Assembly: GCF_963921235.1 (NCBI RefSeq) | Contig: NC_086097.1 | Span: 189,598,001 to 189,662,000 of the forward strand | Length of the DNA stretch: 64,000 bases | Source of the DNA: Mobula hypostoma | Lineage: Eukaryota | Direction of reading: 5' to 3' | Shown: positions 13,039 to 24,856 of the stretch, in pieces | How positions within the stretch are numbered: position 1 is the stretch's first letter | Layout of the letters: each line of letters begins with the position of its first letter | Position numbers and translations under genes: made by a program | Notes under the pieces: generated by a model | Databases searched by the model: none | Told to the model about the DNA's origin: nothing | Seen by the model: only the letters and a program-made list of their open reading frames with translations

Positions 13039-13202
13039 ACTTTGGTCCTGTAGAAGCTGTTCCTGTGATTGTAGATCGTGGACCTCCTTTCATGGGGAAA
13101 CCACCTTTGCCTCTGCGTGTGACGGGTATTGTGATACGCGGGCGTTTTATTGGTATGACAGCACGAGGAGGTGGAGGGACACGACCATGGTAGTCAAACA
13201 TC
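13039..13202 (-). CDS. RALYL: Internal coding exon of RALY-like RNA-binding protein (hnRNP C family)
   Basis: Minus strand reads ttacatttcag|G ATG TTT GAC TAC CAT...CCA AAG T|gtaag. This is a 164-nt exon with canonical AG/GT, encoding (R)[54 protein letters not shown], which closely resembles the vertebrate RALYL segment [23 protein letters not shown]...RRGKG.F.MKGG as I recall it. Confidence 0.88.
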
Positions 13203-13619
13203 CTGAAATGTAATCAAATATTCACATTTAGAATGCAAAATGCAAATATGGTCTCCTTCAATATTAATGTGACAAGGTTAGCATCTCTATCAGAGCTTCT
13301 GGAACACTAAAACTACTGTACTAAATGGCCACAGCCATATTATGCCTCTTAATGATATTATATTTCTACATAGGCAGGTAAGCAAATCATATGCTGTTGC
13401 CTCTAAACAAGGAGGATCAAGAGGATCTTTTGGTCTCTGCAGTCAGTCTTACACAACTATTGATAGCCTCTTAACCTGGTAATCTTAATGCCACATATCA
13501 ATGCCTAATTCTGGTACACACTCCCTACAGAAAACCTAACCATATATTTTCCTTCCCTGACAGTTGCTGTTAAATTAACCTCTTGCTAAGGTAGGTGAAG
13601 AGTCCTTGAAAGTGAGTCC

Positions 13620-13912
13620 AGGCTGAACTGTTTCCACAACCTATGACTCACTTTCAATGACTCTTCATCTCATGTTCTCTATATTTATTGCTTACTTATT
13701 TATCAATCTTATTTATTTATTTAGTATTTGCACAGTTTGTTGTCTTGCATATTGGTTGCTAGTCTGCCCTTTTGGGTATGGTCTTTCATTGATTTTATTA
13801 TGTTTCTTGGATTTACTGATTATGCCCACAAGAAAACAAATTTCAGGATTGTATATGATGACATATACTGTATGTACTTTGATAATAAATTTCCTTTGTA
13901 CTTTGTACTTTC
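13620..13912 (+). mobile_element. Rex1/Babar-like 3' UTR fragment
   Basis: Inverse homolog of 3240-3530, with an actttgtacttt tail. Confidence 0.6.
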
Positions 13913-14649
13913 AGAGCTTTGCAACAGGACTTCAAACAGCTTTGATGATTTGCTTTGCATGGCGTAATATTTTAATCTCTGTTCCATATATGCTTAAAGA
14001 ACAGCTTTTATAGGTCTCTTTCAAGTTTTAGAGACGACGGCCTTTCAGACAGAAATATGTACCTGAAACCTTTCCACTAAAGTGGAGCCTTAGTAGTCCG
14101 ATGAGTACTTGGGAGACATACTGTATATTTCATAGTCCAAAGCGTGGGCCATGACAGACAACAGTGTTATTTTCCTGCATTATGCTTTCATTTTATCTAT
14201 TGTACAACTGTCACACAATATTCAGATTTGATAGGGCATGTTTATAATGGAAATTTTACATAAAATCTACAGTGCAGAAAAAAGATCTCACTTGGCACAA
14301 CCAATCCATGTTCACTGTTGATTTTAATAATACAGTAATTTCACACATTATTCTACTAGAACTTGAGAAGACAATGATGGTTTTATAATCTTTTTGTATT
14401 AGTACCAAGAATCATTCATGCAAGTGACTCATAATAAAGAATATTTTTAGCTAATACCATTATTACAACCTTCAGTTATCAGAAGCACAGAATACCAAAA
14501 ACTTGGTATAAGCTGAAAGATCTCTTTCTCTGTATTGACATTTTAATAAGAAAGAAGACAGAATGCATGATAACAAAAATCATCACTAGGATGGTGACAG
14601 AAGCTTGGCCAGCATAACTACAGGTTCTGAATTTGGTTCAGTCACTGCT

Positions 14650-17600
14650 CATGGCTATTTTAACTTGGAATTTTGATGGAAATAGGTCTGAAGTATGATT
14701 TACAAATAAATAAATTGGATCATTCGGGAGGGTGAAGTGCGCTGGCAGGACATTTAGGGAGGTAGTTACATCCAAGGTGCAGAACACAAGAAAATGGGTG
14801 GTAGTTCGGAATAGGAAAAGGATTAAGGAGCCAATGCAGAGTACCCCTGTGGCCATCCCCCTCAACACCAGGTATATCACTTTGGGTACTGTCTTGGCGG
14901 GGGGGGAGGGTGAGGAAAAACACAGCAGTCAGGTCTTCGACACTGTGTTTGGTTCTGTGGTTCAGAATGGAAGAGGGGGAAGAATTGAGTTCCAGTGATA
15001 AGGACTTGGTTATTTAGGGGTCTGTTGATGCGAATGAGATTCCCAGATGATATGCTGCCTCCTGAGTGCCAGGGTATGGGACACCTCAGATCATGTCCTC
15101 AGCATTCAGGGACTTAAATGCTAATTTAAACAACGGGACCTCCAGGGTTGTGATCTCAGGATTGCTACCCGTACCACATGCTAGTGAGAACAGAAATAGG
15201 AAGAGCATACAATTTAACACATGGCTAAGGAGTTAGTTAGGAGGGAGGGCTTCAGATTTTTGGATCATTGGGCTCTCTCCCAGGGAGGCTGGGACCTGTA
15301 CAGAAGGGATGGTTTGAACCTAAACCAGAGGGAGGTGGATGAATATCCTAGCGGGAATGTTTACTGGTACTGCATGGGGGTGGGGGGGGGGGGTTGTCGG
15401 GTTAAACTAGCATTGCAGGAGAATGGGAACCAGAGTTCCAAAACAGATAGCAGAGAGGTTGTGGAGACAAGTTCTTAAGACTTCAGACAAAGTCAGGAAT
15501 CAAAAGGTTGAGCATGGTGTGACTAGTGTCCTGAGTTGTGTATATTTCAATGCAAGAGATATCGTAGGAAACGCAGATGAGCTCAGGGCATGGATCAACA
15601 CATGGAATTATGATATTGTAGCCAGTAGTGGGACTTGGTTGCAGGAGGGGCAGGAATGGCAGCTCAATATTCTGGGAATCCATTGTTTTAGATGTGATAG
15701 AGCGAGAGGAAGTAAAGGGGGGGGGGGGTGGCACTACCAGTCAGGGAAAAATATCACAGCAGTGCTCAGTCAGGACAGACTGGAGAACTCACCTAGAAAA
15801 ACTTTATGGGCTGAACCGAGGAATAAGAAAGGTACGACCATGTTAATTGGGCTATACCATCTGGCAGTCTGCAGGATTTAGAGATATAAATTTGTAGAGA
15901 GATTGCAGACTATTGCAAGAAACATAAGGTTGTTATTGTAGGTGATTTTAACTTGACACGTATTGACTGGGAATCCCACACAGCAGATGGGATAGAGTTT
16001 GTCAAATGTGTTCAGGAAAAGTTTCCTTAATCAGTACATAGAACTCCCAACAAGAGAGTGTGCGATACTGATCTCCTAATAGGGAGCAAGACAGGGCAGG
16101 TGACAGAAGTTTGTGTACTGGAACACTGCTTCTAGTGATCATAATGCCATTAGTTTCAAGGTAATAATGGAAAAGGATAGGTCTGGTCCTTGGGTTGAGT
16201 TTCTAAATTGGAGAAAGATCAATTTTGATGGTATCAGAAAGGATCTGGCAAGTATGGACTGGAACAGGCTGTTTTCTTGCAAAGGTGTACTTGGTAAGCG
16301 GGAAACCTTCAAAAGTGAAATTTTGAGAAGAGAAAGCTTGTATATGCTTGTCACAATAAAAGCAAGGATAACAGGTTTAGGGAACCTTGATTTCCAAGAG
16401 ATATTGAGAACCTGGTTAAGAGATAAAAAGGAGGTAGATACAGGCAGGTAGGAATAAATGGTGTACTTGAGGGGTATAAGAAATGCAAGAGAACAATTAA
16501 AAATATATCAGATGGGCTAAAAGAAGGCATGAGGTTGCTCTAGCAGACAAGATGAAAGAAAATCCGAAGGACTTCTATGGATATCTTAAGATCCAAAGGG
16601 TTGCAAGGGACAAAGTTGGTCCTCTGGTAGACCAGAATGATAATCTGTGCATGAAGCCAAAAGAGATAGGGGAGATCTTCAATAGATCTTCTGCATCTGT
16701 ATTTACTTGGGAGAGGGATACAGAGTCTAGAGGAGTGAGGCAAAGCGGCGGGGAGGTCATGGCCTCAATAAAGATTTCAGAGGAGGAGGTGTTTGCTGTT
16801 TTGAGACAAATCAGGGTGGCTAAATTCCCAGGGTTTGACCAGATGTTCCCTTGGACCCTGTGGGAAGCAAGGCAAGAAATTACAGGGACCTTAACAGAGG
16901 GATTTAAATTATCCTTAGCAACAAGTGATGTACTGGAGGATTGGACGATAGCTAATATTGTTCCGCTGTTCAAGAAGGGCACTAGGAATAAACCAGGAAA
17001 TTACAAGCCGGTGAGCCTAACATCAGTAGTGGGAAAGTTATTGGAAGGTCTTCTAAGGGACTGGTTATATGCGTATTTTAACAGAAAAGGGCTGATTAGG
17101 GATAGTCTGTGTGGCTTTGTGTTTGTTGGGTCATGCCTAACCAATCTTATAGTGTTTTTTCCAGTAAATTACCAGGAACGTTGATGTTGTCTACAAGGCA
17201 GTGATACTGTCTACATAGACTTCAGCAAGGTCTTTGACAAGGTTCTGAATGGGAAGTCGGTCAAGAAATTTCCGTCGCTTGGCTGTCAAGATGAGGTAGT
17301 AAATTGGATTAAATATTGGCTTTGCGGGAGAAGCAAGAGGGTGGTAGTAGACGGTTGCCTCTCTGACCAGAGGTCTGTGACTAGTGGAGTGGCAGGGCAC
17401 TGAGGAATGCAGTAGAACAATAGATCTGAGAATACAGGTTCATAATTCTTTGAAAGCGGTGTGACAGTGGATAAGGTCACAAAGAAAACTTTTCGCACAT
17501 TGGCCTTCACAAATCAAAGTATTGAGTACAGAGGATGGGATGTTATGTTGAAATTGTATAAGATGTTGGTGAGGCCTAATCTGAAGTATTGTGCGCAGTT

Positions 17601-17820
17601 TTGGTCACCTACCTTTACAGGAAATACATCAATAAAATTGAGACTGCACAGAAAATTTACAAATATGTTGCCAAGTCTGGAGGACTTGACTTAAAAGGAA
17701 AGATAGAATAGGTTAGAACTTTATCCCCTAGAATGTAGAAGATTGAGGGTAGATTTGATGGAAGAATACAAAATTATGAGGGGTATAGATAGGGTAAATG
17801 CAAGCAGGCTTTTCCCACTG
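14650..17820 (+). mobile_element. Decayed near-full-length CR1 (ORF1 esterase remnant plus ORF2)
   Basis: WVVVRNRK...QSTPVAIPLNTRY, FRFLDHW...DLYRRDGLNLN, FNARDI...NYDIVA..TWLQ, NYKPVSLTSVVGK, with many disruptions. Confidence 0.88.
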
Positions 17821-18570
17821 ACGTGATCAAATGTAAAGGGACAGTACACTGTTAATGGTAGAACACTTAATGATGCAGATGTGCATTGGGTCTTGGGGTC
17901 CAAGTCTATAGCTCACTGAAAATGGCTACAAAGGTTGATAGGGTGGTAAAGAAGGCATATAACATACTTGCTTTATTATCTATGAATTGTGTTCAAGAGT
18001 CAGCAAGTTATGTTGCAGAATTGTAAAACTCTAGGTGCCCACATCTTGAGTCTTGAATTCAATTCTGGTTGCCCCATCTTCTGGGAGAAATGTGGTGGTT
18101 TTGCAGAGGGTGGAGAAGCGGCTTGGATATGAGAGCATGTGCTATAAGGAGAGGTTTAACAAACATCCATTGTTTTATCTGGAGTAGCAGAGACTGAAAA
18201 AGGATTTGATAGTGGTTTACAAGATTATGAAAGGCATTGACAGAAAAGACAGCTGGAATCTTTCTCCCAGGGTTGAAATATCTCATAAGAAAGGACATGC
18301 ATTTAGGATCAGAGGGACCAAATTCAAAAGAAATATACATGTAAGTTCTTTTTATACAGAGAGTGCTGGGTTCCTGAAATGCCCTCCCTTGGTTGGTGTG
18401 GAGTCAGAGATGGTAGAGGCACTCAAGAGGATCTTATGTGCATGAATATGCAGGAACTACAAGGATATGAACATTGTGTTGGTAGAAGAGATCAGTATTG
18501 TTGGATATTTAACTACTAATTTAATTTAATTTGGCCCAAAATTATGGGCTGAATTTCCTGTGTTGTATAG
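17821..18570 (+). mobile_element. CR1 3' fragment (decayed)
   Basis: VYKIMKGIDRKD...GHAFRIRG motifs. Confidence 0.65.
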
Positions 18571-18750
18571 TTTTACATTCCAACTGCATTAGGCTGCATT
18601 TCTAATGCTAACTTATGACATTGGAGGAATGGTGTACATGTGCAGATCCAGTGGCTGATGACAGGATAACAACATTTAATCATCTCATATCAATGTATAA
18701 AAGTCCTGTCAACAGCACTGGAGTACCTTTGTCTTTACCATTGTACACTT

Positions 18751-19330
18751 TAAAATTGTACAAGGCGTTGGTGAGGCCAAATTTGGAGTATTGTGTACCG
18801 TTCTGGTCACCGAAATATAGGAAAGATGTCAACAAAATAGAGAGAGTACAGAGGAGATCTACAAGAATGTTGCCTGGGTTTCATCTCCTAAGTTACAGAG
18901 AAAGGTTGAACAAGTTAGATCTTTATTATTTGGAGCGTAGAAGGTTGAGGGGGGACTTGATAAAGGCATTTAAAATTATGAGGGGGATAAATAGAGTTGA
19001 CGTGGATAGGCTTTTTCCACTGAGAGTAGGGGAGATTCAAACAAGAGGATACGAGTTGAGAGTTAAGGGGCAAAAGTTTAGGGGTAACACAAGGGGGAAC
19101 TTCTTTACTCAGAGAGTGGCAGCTGTGTGGAATGAGCTTCTAGTAGAAGTGGTAGAGGCAAGTTCAATTTTGTCATTAAAAAAAATAATTTGATAGGTAT
19201 ACGGACAGGAAAGGAAAGAAGGGTTATGGGCTGCGTGCAGGTAGATGGGACTAGGTGAGAGTAAGCGTTCGGCATGGACGAGAAAGGCCAAGATGGCCTG
19301 TTTCTGTGCTGTAATTGTTATATGGTTATA
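18751..19330 (+). mobile_element. CR1 3' fragment (young)
   Basis: Open frame LYKALVRPNLEYCVPFWSP...ERVQRR...RRRLRGDLI...FFTQRV, with a gttatatggttata tail. Confidence 0.88.
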
Positions 19331-20639
19331 TACCAAATGGGTTAGAGCCTGAGATCAGGATTATTTTAAAGGGGAAATGATGTCTGTCTATCTTGATAGA
19401 TCACTGTCCATGAGACTAAAGGTGAATGCATCTTGCACATGACAAAATGGGCATAATATCAGAAGATGACACATTCATACGGAAGTTTGTTTCACTGCTT
19501 AAGAAGATAACGAAAAAGGTCAATTCAATAGGAAAAATAAGAAAGGGCATTTTTCCAACTATGTAACTTGATGTAGCACATACTGTAAATTCAGGCACAC
19601 TGCTCAGAATCCTCCTCCTGTTGAAATTAAAGCTAGAGAGGAAACTTGTAGCATGTGTCTTTATAGTTCATGTATGTGTTGAAACTTTCTATCACCAGCT
19701 GATAATCACAGCATTACTTTTGATGTTTTACCATTTGAAATCTTTGTGACAAAATATGGTATGAATCATTGTTTCAGGCAGCATACTAAAAGATACCAAT
19801 AAAGGCCAAACAAATATTGTTCTTCCATACCCTCAAAGATGCTATGCTCTTTAAAGCTTGATCTTCAATTAGCAAAATATTCTTATTTCCAATAGTTAGC
19901 TAAATAAACTTGGTACTGTAGTTTTAGAACAATGTTGGAATGCACTATAAAACTGAAACTTTCTTTCAGATCAAATTCAACATGAAATTTATAAAATCGG
20001 GAAGAGGATGGAAGAAGATTTAATAATATCTGGATTGTTTGTGTTACTTCTGAATAATAGCAGGCAATTTGAGGCATACACTAAAGGTTTGTAGTATTGT
20101 CAGATATTGAAAAGTGGTGGGGAAAATTGATGGTAGAACATATTAGTTTTATAAAGGAATTTCATTACCCATCAGCAGATTTTTATTTGAAAAGGAATGG
20201 GACCACTAAAAAGTTTGATTGCTGGGAAATCATTTGGTGCACTGGGCCAATGAATTTTTTTGAGGACGAGGAAATGTACCACACATCTCACAGGGCATTG
20301 AGATCTGCTGAAGTGGCTTTACAAACGCACGGCCTGTTTTTGGATGCGCTGAAATAGTGAAAGGTACAAAGGAAATTAGGCAAATTCAGAGCCAGGTTTG
20401 GTACTTAGGATGTGTGTGAACACATACTTGGTTTTGTGTGACTTGCACAGTTTGGTTTGAAACGAGCGAAAAGAAAAGATCATATTCAGTTAATACTGAT
20501 TCCCATGGTGCCTAACTAATTCTTGTTGCTGAGGGTGAACATTGGCAACGCTGCTGATATCTGAGGGACTAGTTTCGAATAGTATGGAAGAATTTGTAAG
20601 AATCACTGTCATGAAGGAAAGGTAATGAAAACGTTACAA

Positions 20640-22110
20640 TGGAATTAAAGGGAGACAATTGGCAGGTCCCAATGGCCTGGACCCTAGTGTTTTAAATAAA
20701 GGTGCTGCAGAAGTAGCAGTGTCATTTATTCAGGTTTTTCAAAAGTTACTGGGCTCTGTGAAGGTACAGGCAGATTGGAAAAATGCTGTCCAGTGGGACT
20801 GTTAGCAGAACATCTACAGTTAGAAAGCTGGAGTTTATAATCAAGGGAGAAACTACAGTTCTTAATGTAATCAAACGGAGTCAGCATGATTTTATGAAAG
20901 GTAAGTCAAGTCTGAAAAACTGAGTCAATAGAGGGGAACCTGTAGATGTAGTGTATTTGGATATTCAGAGGAATTTTGACAAGATGCCATGCAAAAGGTT
21001 GATGCACAAGATAGCCTAGCACTATTGGGGAAAGTGTGTTGGTATTGATTGAAGATTGGTTATTACATAGAAGAGAGCTTAGAAAACGTGAACTTTGCAG
21101 GCTGCAAATATGTAACAAGTAGAGTGCCCCGAGGATCTCGTCTTGGTCCTTCCTTATGAATCATATTTATCAAATGGAGGAGTGGCGGAATGTAAGGTAT
21201 CAAATATATCTGTTGTGATGAGGATAATTTGACTCTGAAACAGGATTTAGATAGGTTGACGGAATTTTAATTCACATGTATTTATCACATGCACTTCAAA
21301 AAATACAGTGAAATGTACCTTTGCGTTAACAACCTACACAAAATGGGTGAAAATTTGGCAAATGGAGTTTAATGTTGGAAAGTGTGAGCTTATGCTTTTT
21401 GGTAAGAGGAACCTTCAAGAAGACTCTTATAAAGAAAGATTATGGAGGATGAGCAAGGTACCAAAGGATCTATACATTCTTGTGAATGAATCATAAAAGG
21501 TTAGCAGTCCGGTGTAGCAAGTGGTTGGGAAAGTAAATGGCTTATTGTCTTTTATTGCAAAAGGTCTGGAGTATAAAAAATAGGTACATATTGTTACAAC
21601 TGTACAGATTACTGGCAGGGCCACAGCTGGAGTGCTGTGCGTATATGCTATGCTATACACATCTGTGTGCAGTCCCCTAGAACTGATCTACGGACATTGA
21701 AAGGCTAATTCCGGAAGGGAGGTTTGTCGAATCATGAGCAGTTAGATTTATTAGATTTCTATTTTTGGAATTTAGTGGAATGAGGAATGATCTTATTTGA
21801 ATGTCAGGGGGTTACAAGTCTGATGTGGAGATGCTTCCAACAATCTTGAACAAGGCGATGTAGTTACAAGATTAGGAAGTGGTTGTCTAAAACTCAATAA
21901 GGCTTGTGAATCTCTGCAATTCTCTCCCCAGAGGGTTGTGGAGGCCAGATCTTTGCTGGTACTTACAAACAAGATGGATACAATTTTGAATTGGGAATTA
22001 AAACTATAGGAAAAAGATGAGACATGAGACAGCTGAGCCATAATCACACTGAAAGGCAAGGCAGGCTAGCCAAGCGGCCTCTACTTCCTCTATTTTCTTA
22101 TGCTCTTATT
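20640..22110 (+). mobile_element. CR1 ORF2 fragment (highly decayed)
   Basis: cagcatgatttt, gatgtagtgtatttggat, WQMEFNVGKCE motifs. Confidence 0.7.
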
Positions 22111-23027
22111 CTTCCCGTTGCCACTAACATATGAGCATAATTTATGCTTTTGAAATTTTCCTTATAAACATATTCAGTATTAAGATGTAAATAAAAATAA
22201 TACAAAATGGAAACTGTAGAGTACCAGAGACAATTGATCATTAGATTTATTAGATTGTCCCTAACTGCATCTTATTTATTTATGCACATTGACTGACACT
22301 CTATTAACTGTGCTAAACAATAATCTGAACACTGAGTAGGCTTTTAGTTCTAACAAATCTAATGACCAAATCATTAAAAACAAATATGATTTCAAAGTAA
22401 TATTGTTCTGAAGTATTTGCACAGTACGAACTTTGATAAACTTTGTGACTGAGTATTAATTCGGCAGTTTCTTTTTATCTGCCTAATTATTCAAATTACA
22501 AAAATACTTTCGGGAATTGAATGACAGATTAATAACGGTGATTGTGTTCAGTTAGTTGTGATGAAAACATTTATTGATACTTTCTGGAAAGTAAAAGAAT
22601 AGTACAACAAATCACAGTGTGAGGAGTGAATTAGGTGGAATGCCAGAGAATACAGGGGAAATACTTTCATTGTGATAGATTCTGTCTTTTCATAAGTCAA
22701 AACGAAATTTACAAACAGTACTTTTATTTTTTGCTTTGCTTAGATTTAAGTAGTATTAAAAGCAATGTTGAATAAATAATATAAAGCTGAGGTACTATAG
22801 GGGAAGTGATAGCAGGGAATTTCAAATATTTGAAAACCAATTTGGATAAAATCAGTAAATATATAGAGGGGGAGGATTCTTACAATATATTCATGAGATA
22901 TATTTTGGTCAGCATTGTAGGAAACCAACAAGAAGAGGCTAGTTCTAGTGTTCAGGAAAGAGCTTGGGCAGGTGGAAATGTTATCAGCGGGACAGCAAAA
23001 GGATCTCATGCTTTCCTGGCATATATA

Positions 23028-23758
23028 ACGAATAAGTTCTTCTTGGGCTTCCAGCCAGGTACAGTTATCGATTAAAGGACCGTGGAGATACCAGGAAACC
23101 TGACAACGAGGAGGAGCCTGTTGCCACTGCCTGTCTTTCCTATATTTCCATGGTTTCTAGATGGGTCACCAGGATCCTGAAGAAATGCTGAATTAATACC
23201 ACCCACAAAACCATAAAGAAGCTCAAATCCTAGCTTATGTGGGACAACGATGACCTGGGACTCAGGATGGCTGGCATTTACAGGATTCCCTGTGGATGTG
23301 GAGCAGTGTGTATCAGTGTATAACGGGGAGCACATTGTAAACCTACACCAAGGAGTATAGGAGGTATATCCACTTGGGTTACCCGGAGAAATCGGCGATA
23401 GCAGAACAATGGCCATAGGACTGACTTCGACAGCACGAAACTACTGTGCCACGCCAATGGCTTTCGAGACCACCTGGTGAGGGAAGCAATTGAAGTAAAA
23501 CCTGAGGAAAAGAATTTTAACAAAGGTGAAGGTTTCACTCCACTAAGAACAGGAATTCAATTGTAAACAAGGTGGGACAGTGGAAGCAGGATTGCTTGCG
23601 GACTAACCAAGCAGGAGAGACAGACGATAGGGGTGTATATACCACCGGACTAAACCTGCCCAGGCGTCATCCCTGGTGAAGATGGCAGAACTTGCCCTTG
23701 AAACGTCAGTTAAAATCGATACCTTTACCCAGCTGGAAGCCCGAGAAGGATTTGTTAA
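23028..23758 (+). mobile_element. Penelope-like element of a second family, decayed
   Basis: GIY-YIG remnant (GIYRIPCGCG at about 23274). Inverted termini cttcttgggcttccagc...atcgatt and aatcgat...gctggaagcccgagaagg. Degenerate ctggtga...gaaacgtc hammerhead at about 23673-23708. Confidence 0.7.
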
Positions 23759-24224
23759 TGGGAGAGCATCTTAGAAAATCCACCTTGCTGTGAGATCACT
23801 TCTGTTTCAATGTGAGACTGCACAAAATTTGTTCTCCCATTATTCGTCCACATTGTTCCAGAGTACAATCAATGTCAATCACTAATGGTAAAACCATGTT
23901 TGCTCAGAGCAGAATGATGCTTGACGCAGAATTCACCTAGTCCCATTACCTTCTGTTCTTTACCATTTCTGTCTCCACTCTGCAGGTGAAACCTCTGTTC
24001 TAGATCATCACTATGGTTTCACCCTTCTCAGTCCCTGGATCCTTCAATGCCTCAGTGAATGGACCCTCACAAGGGGCCAATCCATAGGTTGTCCCTTTAG
24101 AGGCTCTGATACTGTGATCTGCACGGGGGATATCCTACTGGAGTCTCTGCGTATTGTCCCTCCTGAACCCAACCACAGTAATGTTGGCTTACTTTTCTTT
24201 GCCTACTCTGCAGTATGTGTACAT

Positions 24225-24547
24225 GGAACATAGAAATCTACAGCACAATAAAGGCTCTTCAGCCCACAATGTTGTGCCAACCGTGTAACCTACTCCAGAA
24301 ACTGCATAGAATTTCACTACGGCTTAGCCCTCTATTTTTTGAAGAGTCTCTTAAAAGACCCTATTGTATCCACCTTTACCACCATCGCTGGCAGTCCATT
24401 CCACACACAGAGAACTCTCTGTGCGAGAAACCTACCTTTGGCATCCCCTTGGTACCTATTTCCAAGCACTATAAAATTGTGCCCCCTCGTGTTAGGCATT
24501 TCAGTCCTGGGAAAATATCTCTGGCTATCCACATGATCAATACCTAT
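24225..24547 (-). mobile_element. CR1 3' fragment, left part of the host of the Gypsy/R2 insertion
   Basis: ORF 24332..24586 NTRGHNF...FLAQRVLCVWNGLP. Continues at about 30955-31490. Confidence 0.8.
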
Positions 24548-24816
24548 TGTGGCGACCCACTTTCCAGTACACTCGAACCGGCTCACGAAACAGCGTGCGC
24601 AGGTAGAGAGGCTGGGCCATCTTCACCAGCAGGGGGAAATCCCGCGTGTGGAAAGGGTCTGGGAATATGCATTCCCCACAGCAGTCCCACCCAGGGAGGG
24701 CGGGAACGGGAAGGCTTTAAAGCAGGCCGCGAAGTATGAATAAACCTCTTTCATCGCAACTCTAACTCACCGACTCCGTGTGGTTATTCTAGCGCTGTGT
24801 GTAGCACACCGCTACA
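24548..24816 (+). repeat. 5' LTR of Ty3/Gypsy element
   Basis: TGTGGCG...CGCTACA imperfect terminal inverted repeats, TATA-like tttaaa and AATAAA inside, followed by a PBS. Confidence 0.85.
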
Positions 24817-24818
24817 AT

Positions 24819-24830
24819 TGGTGACCCCGA
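24819..24830 (+). promoter_or_regulatory. Primer-binding site, tRNA-Trp
   Basis: TGGTGACCCCGA is complementary to the 3' end of eukaryotic tRNA-Trp (...UCGGGGUCACCA) and lies 2 nt after the LTR. Confidence 0.8.
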
Positions 24831-24856
24831 TGGCCCAAACGATATTTGGACCAGTG

